NCBI GenBank assembly: GCA_964016885.1 | Contig: OZ024758.1 | Location: 18,414,001 to 18,478,000 of the forward strand | Source: Eledone cirrhosa | Lineage: Eukaryota | DNA: 64,000 nucleotides | Direction: 5' to 3' | Part shown: piece by piece, positions 26,534-43,165 of the stretch | Layout: the number at the start of each line of letters is the position of its first letter | How positions within the stretch are numbered: the first letter of the stretch is position 1 | Made by a program: the position numbers and the translations under genes | The notes under the pieces: generated by a model | Seen by the model: the letters and a program-made list of their open reading frames with translations, nothing else | Database searches by the model: none | Told to the model about the DNA's origin: nothing

Positions 26534-27045
26534 ATACATATATATATATATATATATAAACATACATATATATATATATAAACATATATATATATATATA
26601 TATATATACCTATACACGTATATACATACACACACACACACACATATACATGTATATTTTACGTGTATGTGTACTTATTACCGCAACACTGATATCCCAG
26701 CAGATAATGTTACTCTATTCCGTTCTATTTCTATAGTTAATGGACATTTCTGAAACCTGCTGGTAAACTGTGGAAGAGCCTTTATTTCTTTAACATCTCA
26801 TCAAGTTGCTATCTTATTTATATAATTGCGCTGGACTCTATTGGCGGAAATACGAAATCCTCTAATTTTCCTTCAAATTTCTGAAATATGTGTGTATGTT
26901 AATGATATACTTCCGAGTGATATATTTTAATATATTACAGAAGTTTAATATAAGACTTCTTATTTTAACCTTAGAAAACAAAATTTGTTTTTCACTTAAC
27001 GGTGTGCATACCTATATGTATTCGGGGATGAATAATAATATTTAT

Positions 27046-28170
27046 AATCATTGTTTCTACTTTTGGTACACGGCCAGCAATTACCCCAGTGCATTACTGG
27101 CACTTTATTTTATCGACCCCGCAAGGATGAACGGCAGAGTCAACCTCGGCGGGATTTGAACTCAGACCGTAAAAGCCATAACTCTTAGTTACAAAGCATG
27201 GTGACTGACCCTCTACCGATACTGCCAATCCACCGCTCTTATTATAGTAATAACATCACATTATTAATATTCGATTTGTTTATGAGGTAGTAAATAAACT
27301 GTATATTTATATTGTTACGATATTAATATAATAATATTTTTATTTACGCACGAATATATTTTAACCTTATTAAATCCTCAAGTAACAAACAAGTGTTGCA
27401 GATGGCAGCATATACCTTCAGATGTCTTTATTAACTGGAAGAAATGAAAACTAAACTTTCTAAAATATAGAAAAAATACTCATGTGATATATTCTCCACA
27501 CCTAGTTTTATAAACATATACTCGTGGTGTAGCTTTGTTGATATTTCCTCTCCTGTAAATATTCCTTGTCAGTCAGCAATGTTTATAATTTAAAATCCTT
27601 TGTTATGATGATTATTAAAAGTAGTGGATTGGCAGTATCCTTAGAGTGTCGGACGACATGCTTTGCAGCATGGAGTTACGGGCCTTTCCGATATGAGGTC
27701 AAATCCCGCCGAGGTTAACTCTGCCTTTAATCCTTACGGGGTTGATAAAATAAAGTACCAGTTGTGCACTGGGATAATTGCTGGCCTTGTGCCAAAAGTA
27801 GAAACAATTATTGCAAAATGAATACAGTATGTAGGCTGAATGAGTCGACGATTCATAAATAGTAATGTAAAATATATATGCACATTGGATATGCGTCATG
27901 GCTCTTAATTATCCATAGTTCATGCGTTTCTTTTTAATACTAATTTTTTAAGGACGATGAATTTGCAGTATCGTTAGAGCGTCGGACAGCATTTTTGTGG
28001 CATACGGTTTACGACCTTTTACATTATGATTTCAGATCCCACCGAGGTTAGCTTTGCCTTTTGTCCTTACAGGATCGATAATATAAAGTACCTGTAATGC
28101 ACTAGATTCGATTTAATCGACTTTCCACTCTCCCAAATTTGTGGGGCTTGTACCTAAATCAGAAAAAATA
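27046..28170. mobile_element. Three SINE copies (27046-27236 -, 27621-27810 +, 27955-28170 +)
   Basis: Family consensus matches. Confidence 0.85.
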
Positions 28171-28667
28171 ATAGGGTTTCTAGCCACCGAATGTTTGTGT
28201 GGCTTTACGTTTAACATGTATTCGACTGAATGGAGGTTCAACCTAGGTAAGATAACTAAAGATCAAATATACTAGTAGATAATATGTTCTTAAAAACCAA
28301 AAACATAGCATTACCAGACATAACATGGCAAATAATTTATGATGAGCATTTACCCAATGGGAATAGCGATGGTAAAGTACACAGGATTTCACATAACTGC
28401 AGTTTCTATGTGAATAATTTCATCAATACTAAACTTAATATCAAAATATTATATATAGTATATTATATAATATTATATAGAACAGACATTAATTGAAAAT
28501 AGATTCAGTTAAAATTTTCTTATATTGTGAAGTTAAAACATGAAAAAAGTAAGTAACTTTCTTAATTATTGTTTTCATTATCTGATCACAACATGATTTT
28601 ACACAAATGGAATGCACTGACACATACACTCACACACACATACACACACCCAGACACACACATATTT

Positions 28668-28727
<60 letters not shown>

Positions 28728-28816
28728 GTATGTATATATGTGTGTGGGTGTATGCGTGCGTGCGTGTGTAGAGTTATGTATTTATCTGTGTATATATTGA
28801 TATATATGTGTGTATT

Positions 28817-28883
<67 letters not shown>

Positions 28884-28904
28884 ATATGTATATATATATA
28901 TATC

Positions 28905-29473
28905 CCAGTACAACCTGTCTCATGGTCGGGTCGTTGGCGACTAAACTGGCAACCCCACCAAGGTTTCTTGGTGAGGAGGGTGACTTTGGACATCCTGCAG
29001 GACTAAAAACAAAACCTGTCAAAGGGCAATGGAGTTCTTAAGAGTCAATGGCCATCCAAAATCACCGGGAGAGATGACCCCTTAGCCTTTGTCAAGGCAG
29101 AATTCTAAGAGAAGGAAAACTCTGATATAACACCTGCAACCCTGATGGTATCCAATGATGTTGACTTGTTCTTCTTTTTGGTAAATATCATCTTGGTTAA
29201 GAGAGTGGGACTGGCTTTGTGCAGTGCCTTTGCTCACTATAAAAGCTTCACGGCACAGGCATTGCTTTATATCTGCAGATCTCTCTGCACTTGTCGTCAC
29301 ATGGTACCATGGGCCCAGCACTATGTGTCAATAATTGTCACAAGTTTAGTGTTTGTACCAGAGTTTTCAAGTCGCTGGCTGGACTAAAAAGTCACACTCG
29401 TTCAGCGCATCGGTAGGGGTTCTCCTACATGGATATAAAGTAGTGGCCGTACTCGAAAACGAGTTGGCAGCCA

Positions 29474-29477
<4 letters not shown>
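28905..29477 (+). mobile_element. Interspersed repeat, possibly a non-autonomous RTE derivative
   Basis: 29070-29477 is near-identical to 53190-53597; contains GAGAAGGAAAACTCTGA, reminiscent of RTE 5' regions. Confidence 0.65.
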
Positions 29478-29521
<44 letters not shown>

Positions 29522-29854
29522 TATTATATATATATGTGCGTGTGTGTGTCTGTGCGTGTGTGTGTGTGTGTGAGCTTGTGTATGCATTATCAATAATTTT
29601 GGAATATATGCAGTTAAGTGAGGTAGAGCGTAAATGTATTGAGAGTAATTGTATTTCAATGAATTGAAAAGATAACAGTAAAAATATGGAAAAGAAATAA
29701 GTGCACTTAATATAAGTAAAATCTGATGTATGGTGAGAGGAGAGAACCTCCAGTAACTTAACAAAGGGGAATAATTAGAATGTCGATCATCAGCAGACTA
29801 TAGTCACCCTGAGTCCTCTTTGTCAATTCCTACACACACACACACACACACATG

Positions 29855-29947
<93 letters not shown>

Positions 29948-29948
29948 G

Positions 29949-30048
<100 letters not shown>

Positions 30049-30174
30049 TTAAAAACACCAGCATCAACAGTTTTCAAAGAGATGACAACATAAATAGATT
30101 TTTTTTTCTCGAAAAACATTTTTTTTCCGTTTCTGCCCCAGTCGGCCCTTTATTTCTTCCAATTTTCAATTATT

Positions 30175-30210
30175 TCTTCTGATGAAGGACTACTGTCCGA
30201 AACGTTAAGA
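30175..30210 (+). ncRNA. Minimal 36-nt hammerhead, family I (in unit 30047-30291)
   Basis: TCTT-CTGATGA-A-GGAC tact GTCC-GAA-ACGT-T-AAGA. Confidence 0.85.
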
Positions 30211-30289
30211 CACACCTCCTGCTATTTCAAGGGTTAAACTAATATATTCCTACCAAATACTGTACCCCTTGTCTTGTTATTTCTGTTTA

Positions 30290-30349
<60 letters not shown>

Positions 30350-30532
30350 ACAGGGATAAAAGACGATTATTAAGAAGAACATTTTTTTTCCCTTTTTATT
30401 CATTTCTCTCTTTTTTTCTGGGTTAGAAAATGATTAAAACGAAATATTTTACTTCGTGTGAAGTGTTAAGGTATTAGTTTATTTATTTATTAATTAACAA
30501 TGACATTTATTTATATATGTATATATTTAATA

Positions 30533-30580
30533 ATTGTCTATTACCGGTTTCAGCATGTTTATGCATTATCAAATGATAAT
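30533..30580 (-). ncRNA. Hammerhead motif, family E, U3-A8 core
   Basis: ATTATCAT-TTGATAA-T.GCAT aaac ATGC.T-GAA-ACCGGT-A-ATAGACAAT. Confidence 0.68.
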
Positions 30581-30870
30581 AATATGTATTGGTGTAGAAT
30601 GGTGGTGGTGGACAGGCATCCACCATTTGCCTCCATCATGGATCAACTAAGCACTCTTTCTATATTAAGACATTATGATCTGCTTATTTTCATTAACTAT
30701 GTCTGTAAATAACATTATTTTTTCTTTCACATTGCTTTATTATGCTCCACATTACGACCTTTTTTTTCTTTTTTCTTTTCACTTCATAAACCTTGTTTGT
30801 AAATAACATTATTCTTTCTGCACCATTTCTTTAACATGTCCCACACCATCATTTTACACCAATACATATT

Positions 30871-30918
30871 ATTATCATTTGATAATGCAAACAAATGCTG
30901 AAACCGGTAGTAGACAAT
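30871..30918 (+). ncRNA. Hammerhead motif, family E, U3-A8 core
   Basis: ATTATCAT-TTGATAA-T.GCA aacaaa TGC.T-GAA-ACCGGT-A-GTAGACAAT. Confidence 0.65.
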
Positions 30919-31402
30919 TATTAAATATATAAATAAATAAATAAATGCCATTGTTAATTAATAAATAATTCAACTAATACCTTAACACTTCACACGAAGT
31001 AAAATATTTCGTTTTAATCATTTTCTAACCCAGAAAAAAGAGAGAAATAAATAAAAAAGGAAAACAATATATTTTTCTTCCAAATAAACGTCTTTTTCTC
31101 CCTGTTTTCATGTATATATATATGAAAACAGAACAAACGATGCATACAAACAAATAAAATAATCCCAGTCACTGAAGAGGTCACAGAATGTGACAATGTA
31201 TAAACAACCATCTGGTTGTGGAACCAACCAACCAACCGAAAATTTATAAATTCCTAAATTTATAAATTTATTATGATAAATTGAAGTGAAAGCAACTGGT
31301 GCGTGCGTTTCTTATTGGCAACATGATCCTCCCAAAGTATAATAATATCGGTTTCAACACACGTTTTCAGATAAAGAATCTTGCTTAACAAATTCAGAAA
31401 CG

Positions 31403-31466
<64 letters not shown>

Positions 31467-31814
31467 AATGTAATCTGAGTTTTTCGAATATTAATAATAA
31501 CATTCGTTTCATTTACAATCATGCAAACACGTCTAAATTGTATAGCCATATCAGTAGAATGAACACTTCATTCTTGCTCTTATGTTGGCATGCGAACGTA
31601 TATATAGATGCACTAAAGAAACGCCAGCCTACCGGTCATCTCGACAGGAATTTCTTTGACATAACCCTGATGAAAGATGGAATGTTTGAAATATATGTAT
31701 AACATTTAGTGTAATACCTACTATATATTGGTTCCCAAATGCATTAACGACAACGTCCATGATATAAATTCCGCTACATTACATCCTATCTTATTATATG
31801 TATTAAGGACGTTG

Positions 31815-31984
31815 GCTTGGCAGTATCGGTAGAGGGTCGGATGCCATGCTTTGTAGCATGGGGTTAAGGCCCTTTAACGTATGAGTTCAAATCCCGCCGA
31901 GGTTAACTTTTACTATTTCATCGTTATAAAGTACCAGCAATGCACTGTTAATTGCTAGCCTTGTGCCAAATGTATAAACTATTA
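31815..31984 (+). mobile_element. tRNA-derived SINE
   Basis: Family consensus match. Confidence 0.82.
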
Positions 31985-32662
31985 TATGTATTAAGGATAT
32001 AGTCCCATCTATATGTATGAACATTTTAATAAGGAAGTATAGATAATAGACTACAATAAGCCTTACGTAATTCCTTGTTTTAGACGTGTAATATTCGCGG
32101 CTTTCATATCCTGTAGGTATAGACACATTTGTGTTCGTTAATGAGTGTGTTTTACGTGATTATACAATCTGGCGATGCTAAAGCGAAACAAAATATAGAA
32201 TTGTGACTACATATTCACATTATTACGTGTTGGAATGTATATATGAAATGCATTGCTTCTGGAATAGCTTTATGTTCGGATGAGTTCATTAGAGAATATA
32301 TATAATTAAGAGGGTAACAAGTTCAATACAACTGCGAACATATTTGATTTAATTCCAGCATTAATGTATATAATAGCTACGAATATTTATTCTTCATTTA
32401 ATTACTATTTAAATGATCCTAGTTCAAATTTATTTCATTGCATTTTACTTTCATTCCTTTTAGATAATATTATATTTCTCTTATGATTGTGATAGGAAAA
32501 GCCGACAGATATAATTATATAATTATGCAACACTAAGCACGGAACATAAGTTATTTTCCGATGTAGATTTGAGTACAATATACGATATTGTAATATATAG
32601 TATTATATACCAGGGGCATAGTGCATCACACACAATCCCATAGATCCCCCCACACAGCCTTA

Positions 32663-32707
<45 letters not shown>

Positions 32708-32784
32708 AATGTGAAAATTAAAACCCGAAGAGGGCTCGATAAGGATAATCTGTTATGTTGATAAATTAACACACACACACACAC

Positions 32785-32843
<59 letters not shown>

Positions 32844-33017
32844 CAATGGCATATAGTTTAATCCAAAAACAAAATGCCAAATCTCACCAACTGATTTGTA
32901 TAATTAATTATGTATGTCAGCATAGCTTTGTTTAATGCCACCAAGTCTATGACTGCAGTTTTCTGCAACAATTAAGCACAAGTAAGCGCCAAAATAGTGT
33001 CATTATTTCCAGATGAG

Positions 33018-33398
33018 GGTGGTCGATTGGCAGTATCGGTAGAGAGTCGGACGCCATGCTTTCCAGCATAGTTACGTCCCTTTACGATCTGAGTTCAAAT
33101 CCCGCCGAGGTTGACTTTCCCTTTCATCCTTACGTGGTCGATAAAATAAAGTACCAGTAATGCACTGGTTAATTCCTGGCCTTGTGCCTAAAGTAGAAAC
33201 ATTTATTTCCAGTTGATTGGCAGTTTCAGTAGAGGGTCGGCCGCCATGCTCTCCAGAATAGTTACGTCTCTTTACGATCTGAATTCAAATCCCGCTGAGG
33301 TTGACATTGCCTTTCATCCTTACGAGGTCGATAAAATAAAGTAACAGTAATGCACTGGGTAATTTCTGGCCTTGTGCCTAAAGTAGAAACAATTATTT
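33018..33398 (+). mobile_element. Head-to-tail SINE dimer
   Basis: Two copies of about 190 bp, each preceded by ATTTCCAG. Confidence 0.9.
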
Positions 33399-34084
33399 CC
33401 ATTAATTAATATTCAATGCTATTCACTGCAGCATCATATCATCGGTCATCGGCATGTTTATATTGATAATAGTTTACATTGACAATGGTACACACTGGAT
33501 TGGTTAAAACATAATTGAACTTTAGTTGGTTTGCATATGTTTTAAGGGAACACATTGTATTTTCTATGAATGGGCTACACGGAGAGTAAACATGAAAATA
33601 AAGATATCGTTGCTACTTTTGAAAACAAAACGTAACCTATGATACAGAGGGTATTTAGATACAAATCAACCATCTCCAAGAAAGAAACCAATATCAAATT
33701 TAAACATGTCATCGTGTGTAAGAACAGAAAAAAAGACTACAACATACAATGTAGAGAAACGTGGAGAAAGCAGACGTATAACTATTAAAACAATTATTAT
33801 TACGATCTACTAGAAAATATTCTAAAATTTTAACAATCTTTCCTGATTTTACACTACGCATCTACGTATATATATATATATATTGAGAGAGAGAGAGTGA
33901 GGCAGGGAGAGAGTGAGAGAGAGAGAAAGAGGGAGAGATTGGGTGTTTAGGTAGATTCTTGGTTTACAGTAGTATACATTAATTTGGACCCTCAGCCAGC
34001 CATCGGTGAAACAGTCGTAACTGTGCATATTCAGTAAAATCCTTAATGTGAAATCTCGTTTTTTTCTTAATACACATATACATA

Positions 34085-34184
34085 CATGATGTCCCGAAGA
34101 AATGTATACACACTTCAACAGCATTCTAATAAATATCGCTTGTACAGTTAATCAAAATGTGTAAACATATTTTGGGACAACCTC
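34085..34184. mobile_element. 100-bp Tc1/mariner-type MITE (opposite orientation to 22025-22124)
   Basis: TA-CATGATGTCCCGAAGAAATGTATACACACTT...ATGTGTAAACATATTTTGGGACAACCTC-TA. Confidence 0.68.
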
Positions 34185-34188
34185 TATG

Positions 34189-34233
<45 letters not shown>

Positions 34234-35691
34234 GCTATATACGAACACGCATGAAAGTATAGAATATTTATGTGTATAACATAATACCTTTGTGAGCAAA
34301 TATATTAGTTCTTCGACATTAAGTACATCACATCTAATTCAATGCATACGTGAAGTTACTATGAATGCATATTTACGTGGAATGTTAAAAACATCTTTTG
34401 TGGGAATTCCTAAAGTAAAGCCAGTAGAATGAACTTCATATTTCATCGTATCTCATAGCTCTGGGCATTGTTAATCTCAGCAGAAAATATGTAAATCATA
34501 ATATAAGATATGTTAGATGTTTCAAAGCGTTTAATCATTCTTATTAATATAGCATGTTACTCCAGGCATAAAAGCAGAATTTACATCGTCTCTTTTTTTA
34601 ATTAAATGCACGCTTTAAGTATATTCCTGCTTTTAAATTCATTTGCCTTTATTTCGTTGTATAGAATCAGCAGAGCTACATTCTTCATAACAAAATTACG
34701 ATATGCCAGTTTTCTTTATAAATGACATGTCTTGATGTATGTTACATACGCCCATAATATGTATATTTATATATAATTAAATACATACATGCATGCATTC
34801 ATATATATACACATACATGCATAACAATAATTACGTTAAGCTGAACTTCTATATAAATGGAACTCCTCGATGTATATTACATAAAATCACCCAAAAAGTT
34901 ACTGGAATAAATACCCATTGAAAATCTTTAGGTTATGAGCCACACTGCGGAAGTAGGCGAAGCAAAGTCGTAACGTGATCCGCCACATCATCGTGGGCAT
35001 TTGAGTTGACAGGGTACGTGCTTGTGATTGGTGAACCCTGTGATTATTGACCATCAATGTATTTCATAAGATCATAGACGCCCGTCAATTAACATCAAAC
35101 TCCCTTGTGGAAACAGGACCTCTAGTTTTGTCTATATGTACAGGTGAAGTCGCTACTACTGTTACTTAAGCTACACATCATATATCCATACAGATATAAG
35201 TTACATTGTTTCCATCGATGAAATTAATAGTAAACTAATACCCATCATTTCCGTTAAAGTGGCTATTTCATTTAAGTTAAATTTTGAAATTGATCAAAAT
35301 AGCGTTTGTCACTATCGACGTTTGTAGACATAAGGAATAGTGGAATATTTACCAAGAAACTGCAGAACGCGTTTAGATAATATGGTATATCATTGTATGT
35401 ACATAGGAAATAACTAAAGATCGTTCATGTTTGTGAACATTTCCACAGCATGATATATATATATATATTGCTATTTTTATCTAGTTTAAATATATCCTAT
35501 ATTTTTCAAATTCGTCTTGTGATGTATGAATATTCATTTTATTAATACGCCTTTTGAATATCAATTATTCAACTTTGATTTGTTCATATGAAATTTATTG
35601 AATTAGATGAAGAATAAGGTTTCAAATACAACATTCGTATAAATACCAGCGTAGAGCGTCACAAAGCGTGTTTACATATTGACATAACTTC

Positions 35692-35774
<83 letters not shown>

Positions 35775-36908
35775 CATAGTATCCTAGAAACATGTATAAT
35801 AAAATAAATATGATGCTATAGTGATATTTTTCATGTATTACTATATATATATATATATATATATAATTATGTATGTATATATATATATATATATAATTAT
35901 GTATGTATATATATATATATATATATATACATATATATGTATATATACATATATATGTGTGTGTGTGTGTGTGTGTTTATATGCTTGGGAGTCAACTCTT
36001 AATGGAAACTATTCAGTAATGTTGATAGTATTGACTCTGCATGATTGTAACGTTTATCAATTGTACCAGAAATAAATATATTTAAACCGTCTGTTATATT
36101 ATGGTTAAAAGAATGGAACATATCAAATATCATCGTTATCGAAATTCCCAAGGTTACAGCTATTCAAACTTCCTCAGTAAACAGGCAACCATCAAGTACT
36201 GATTACATTTATCTGATATCATGAAGAATTCATTATTTATTTTACTGTTTTCAATTCTCTTATGCTGGTTGTAAAGTATTTCATCTTCGAAGTATTTGAC
36301 ATTCCATTAAAGCCACATTGTGAAATGTTTTCTATATCATTACCCTGTGAGAGAAATACCACAGCTTTCTCTTCTAGAAATTCTTATTCATTTAGCTTTT
36401 GAATTTGTCAAGATCCCATGTTTAGTTTTCACTTTCTTACACGTTCTCTCGATTAACTTTCTTAGATATGCAAATATTTCTGTTGAGAATTAAACAAGTT
36501 ATCAAAAGCAGCTAAAACTAAACAACTTAACCCTGATTTATAAGATGTTGGAATTGTGAGTTAAATATTTGTTAGTGAATTATCTATTTTATATAAATAC
36601 TCTTTAACGTCTAGCGGAATATCAGAATATGTATGGAGCCATTACATATGTCACGCTTGATGCATATATATATATATATATATATATGAATATAAAAACG
36701 AAACAACGCAGGAGTACAAGTTACAAATGGTATTAGGTTCACAGTACGGCCATACTGATAGTTTTCTATTTACCATTTCTTAGAGGGTTCTAAACCCCAC
36801 TATCGGGCTGACATTTCTTTAGCAAAAAAAATAGGGCGAAAGATTTTTTTTTTTTTTCACGCTCACTCGCTGTTCAAAACAAACATATACACATATACAC
36901 ATATACAA

Positions 36909-37747
<839 letters not shown>

Positions 37748-37749
<2 letters not shown>

Positions 37750-38255
37750 GTTGTTATACTTGGGGTGGGTCATATTGTTGTAATAATATTGCCAGAAATA
37801 ATAACAGAACACACTCACTGTTTGGTTGGTTTTCACTTCTGTATCTTTCATATCTCCACAGTTAATTCATTCCGTCCTCAATATTTAGCATCGACTGACC
37901 AACGGTCAAAAATACAGATATAATATAGATATAAACACATACATATAGTCTAAGAATTATGGAACATAATAGTACCACTGATGATGTTGAAGATGTGCAA
38001 CGAAATAAGTTTGTTAGACTATATATATATATATATGTGTTTATATCTATATCTGTGACCGTTGGTAAACATTGAGGATCGAATGAATTAACTGTGGTGA
38101 TATAATAGATACAGAAGCGAAAACCAACAAAACAGTGAGTGTGTTCTGTTATTATTTCTGGCAATGTTATTAGAACAATATGACCCTCCCCATGTATAAC
38201 AATATGTGTTTCCACACACGATTTCATATCAAAAACTTCGCAAAATAAATACGTA
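37748..38255. mobile_element. Family H fold-back pair (minus arm about 37748-37957, plus arm about 37971-38255)
   Basis: The arms are diverged reverse complements; homologous solo copy at about 57560-57836. Confidence 0.8.
37971..38020 (+). ncRNA. Hammerhead motif, family H (stem I decayed)
   Basis: CTGATGA-T-GTTG aagatgtg CAAC-GAA-ATAAGTTTGT-T-AGACT. Confidence 0.65.
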
Positions 38256-38262
38256 TATATAA

Positions 38263-38366
<104 letters not shown>

Positions 38367-38842
38367 TTGTATATCTACAGAACTACAGATATTAGTTTGT
38401 ATGTATGTATTTGACAACACATTGTAGTTATTTCTGATTAGTATTATATATATAGTAGTCATTAATATATTTCTCCCTGCTATATTATATAATGATGTAT
38501 TCTTTTTACAGCAACTTTAATTAAGAAATTACATGTAACACCTGACTATGGAAATAATTACATCTTCTCTACGAGTATATCGTGAAAGTTAAAAGAATAA
38601 ATATTCTTGTGAATCACATTTATTGGTTAGGTACGCCATGTAGCTATGACATATATTATATGAATACAATCAAATATGATCGAATATTCCATCGTGTTGT
38701 AAAGCTCTATCGTAAAATATCACCTATTATTTTATGTTCAAATATATTTGGCATGGATTTATGCTATATATATATATATAGTTGTTATATAGTAAGGTGT
38801 ATTATTGGTTGTGCAAAACCTTGCCTTCGGATTTTCATTTTG

Positions 38843-38873
<31 letters not shown>

Positions 38874-39625
38874 CCGAGAATCGTATTTCGGCTGATAGAA
38901 AAAGCGAAACGAAACGCAAAATCGTAGAAATGGTGGCAAGCGCTCCAATAGTTAAGAAAAACTAGAGCTAAACAATATGTTAAAACGCCATACAAACTGA
39001 AAAGTGGTCAAGACGGCATTAACCACCTAAGCCAAAAGACAAGACAAGCTAAACAGGTCAAACAAAATAAATGATATAAACAGACCTGGAACCAAGTGGA
39101 ATTTATTTTGTAGCCTTTTAGAGAATTTGATGACAAACAAAATATAATGGTCGAGAGAAATGGGATGTGGAGAATTGTTCTGGTTCAGTGAATATGGCAG
39201 GTTGGTTTCTTCATATATGAGTGAAGTTTGGTTGGTTGATTCAGTTACGTGAATGAACACATAACCGCCAGTTTGTTTGAATTTCTTTTTACTTTATATA
39301 TATGTATATATGTATATATATATATTTCTTAGAGATAGATGGAAATAAGGCAAATCCCATGTGTCGGTAAATGCAAAAAATATAATGCAAGAACATTTAT
39401 AAATACATCTCAGAATAAAAATTAGTATCGATCTCTCCTTTTATGCATTACGCCCCTCTGATTTTTTAAAATTCTGTGATTTCTTTATATATTCCGTTTA
39501 ATTGCGTTTCTATTTATTTTAACTTCATGTTTTATATGTATTTCTATTTCTATTTTCCCCGAGTCCTTTCATGTTTTTTCCTGATAACTCACCCCTCACT
39601 GACTATTGGGGATCCCCGCCCCCCA

Positions 39626-39663
39626 CTCTCCTGATGAAGGACTTATGTCCGAAACGTCGTCAA
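39626..39663 (+). ncRNA. Minimal hammerhead, family I-like (stem I not paired)
   Basis: CTGATGA-A-GGAC ttat GTCC-GAA-ACGT-C; the unit runs on to (TA)n at about 39770. Confidence 0.68.
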
Positions 39664-39749
39664 TAATACCGCCATTCTCACCATGCGTTAAGTGAACAGC
39701 AGCATATAACATTTACTCCTGCGTTTGTTTATTTTTTTGTTACTTTGAA

Positions 39750-39842
<93 letters not shown>

Positions 39843-40247
39843 TAGAGAGAGGGGACTCATCCTTTCTATTTATAGGTAGCATCATCATAAATATTTTATT
39901 TACCATCATGATAAACACCAACAAATACCTAGAGATCTTTTCAGCTGATCATTTCTGGTTGTTTATTTGTCGTTCCTTGGACCCCTTCAATCATTTACCT
40001 ACGTTTTTCCACGCCATCCTCTCCCTTCCCCTCCCTTTACATTTCCCCCTCTAAATCAGCGGTTTCTGTACTTCTACTGAAGCCATAAGTAACCATTCAG
40101 AAAAATGCCCTCTGTGAATAAATTGTACCAACCGATATTTTAAATTCAACTTACATTAGATGCATTATATTTTACTAACTTTTAATATAACAACAAATAT
40201 TACTCATCTGAAGTAAATTTCTTCGCAGTTCCACATAAACTCCCATT

Positions 40248-40432
40248 AGTGGATTGGCAGTATTTGGTAGAGAGTCGGACGCCAATCTTTGACGCATAGA
40301 GTTACGGCCCTTGCCATTCTGAGTTCAGATCCCGCCGAGGTTAACTTTTCCTTTCATCCTTATGTCGGTAAAATAAAGTACCAGTAATACACTGGGTATA
40401 TGCTGGCCTTGTGCTAAAAGTAGAAACAATTA
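40248..40432 (+). mobile_element. tRNA-derived SINE
   Basis: Family consensus match. Confidence 0.88.
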
Positions 40433-41121
40433 TATTATAGACATGTGGTCATGATAATATATACTGTAAATAATAACACTCAGATGTCGTCGTACCATAC
40501 TACTGCATAATATAGTGAATTCTCTGACCTTGTCATAGCAATGAACTATGAATAAACAGTAGTAAACCGGAGAGAGAATATGAGACAAATATAGTTGTCG
40601 TTCATACGTTTATTAGAGAGAGCTAGAAATATGAAACACATGTTATTTTCATGTCATGGAAGCGTAAATCTCTTACAACTTTCCTATTCGATAAAACATT
40701 AATCATGCTTCAAGCTGAAACATTACTTGCATTATCAGAAATATTTGGTTATATAATGACATCATTATCAAAGAATGTTTGTATTAGTTATTTCCTAACG
40801 AATTCCCTTTTAGAACGCCGATCGATACACGTTTGAATATTATTGTAGTGATTATCTCATAACCATTTCAGCTATACCGCTAAACGCTATCTTTCACTTA
40901 TTTGGTCATAATAACTACGACATATCTCTGGAAGTGTTTCAATAATACATGAACATATTATTAGTTATTTAATCATGTAAATGTTTTCAATCGTCATATA
41001 AATATATATAACTTGCTATACCTGGAACACACCAAAATGCATAGTAATTTTAAATTCTATATTCTGTAAATAAAGAAAGCGACAATGAACTAGGTAACCT
41101 CTGATAGGGTACAACTGTATA

Positions 41122-41347
41122 TAATTTGTTTATGCTTTTAGCACAAGGCCAACAATTTTAGTGGGAGGCACAAGTCGATTAAATCGACTCTAGTGTATTA
41201 CTGGTGCGTGCTTTATATTATCGACCACATAAGGATGAAAGCGAAAGTTAATATCGGCGTGATTTGAACTCAAATGAAAAAAAACGTAACTCTATGCCTT
41301 AAAGCTCGTTGTCCGATGCTCTACAGACTTTGCCGATGTGCTGCCTT
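41122..41347 (-). mobile_element. tRNA-derived SINE, older longer subfamily
   Basis: Has the extra GTCGATTAAATCGAC hairpin segment, also seen in the 27955-28170 copy. Confidence 0.75.
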
Positions 41348-42081
41348 TTATAACTTACAAATGTTACGAGATCAAATACAGACGTTTGGTCATACAACGA
41401 TGGATTTGATGACACAAACTACTAAGCCAATTCGTTAGAGGAACATCGCATAAACAGATATATCTCATTGGAATGATGCTTTGTTGTTTAACTTAGAAAC
41501 GCCTAATCTATGTAAGGGCTCATCTACAAGGTTTAAGTTTCATTAGATAGCTTATGATTTACATACAATACGGCAGCAGAATATGTATCAATTATATTCA
41601 GAATTTGTGTAAAGAAATCATGATATATGAGGTAAATAGAAGACTCTAATTAGGCTTTCTGATAGCATATAAGAATAAGACCGTATAAAAATATCTGATC
41701 ATAAAAATGTTTTTTTCTATTTTAACACAGTTACGATTAAAGGTAGATTAATGAAATTTATTCCACTTAAGATGTGTAACATAGTTCCTTTGTTGTAAAG
41801 TTTATGACTAATAAAAATGTCTTAAATGCTCTCATATATTATGTATTTATTATCTAATTGCTCTTTACTCTCACATCCATAGAAAAGTCTGTTTTTTGTT
41901 ACAAAAATGTTAATTCCAGATTTCATGTGGACTACAATTTGATTTAATAGATTCGTTTTAATTATTGATTATAAACAAGTATTATGGTTCAATTTTGCTA
42001 AAACGAATTTTCCAGCAACATTTACTTCTAAAACTGCTGTAAATTCTTATCCGGGTTAGGTAGAACACACATGGGTGTGTG

Positions 42082-42143
<62 letters not shown>

Positions 42144-42175
42144 GATCAATATAGAGTAAGTCGCTTTTAATATTT

Positions 42176-42221
<46 letters not shown>

Positions 42222-42272
42222 TAGATATAGATAGATAGATCAATATAGAGTAAGTCGCTTTTAATGTTTTGC

Positions 42273-43165
<893 letters not shown>

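Larger units (their letters stand above)
30345..31110. mobile_element. Family E fold-back pair, arms about 270 bp (30345-30613, 30836-31110)
   Basis: The arms are reverse complements, and both outer ends run into TA repeats. Confidence 0.88.

Noticed and set aside
29082-29387. Duplicated ORFs of about 80 aa (also 53202-53507)
   Set aside because: They are shared only because the repeat copies are near-identical; no recognisable protein motif.
31167-31278. Extended HHR using the AATTTATAAATT x2 hairpin as stem III
   Set aside because: The cleavage site and stem I are out of register; only the 5' family H-like fragment is retained as evidence.
31660-31705. CTGATGA...GAAATATATGTA hammerhead-like string
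   Set aside because: Stem II is weak and stem I does not pair.
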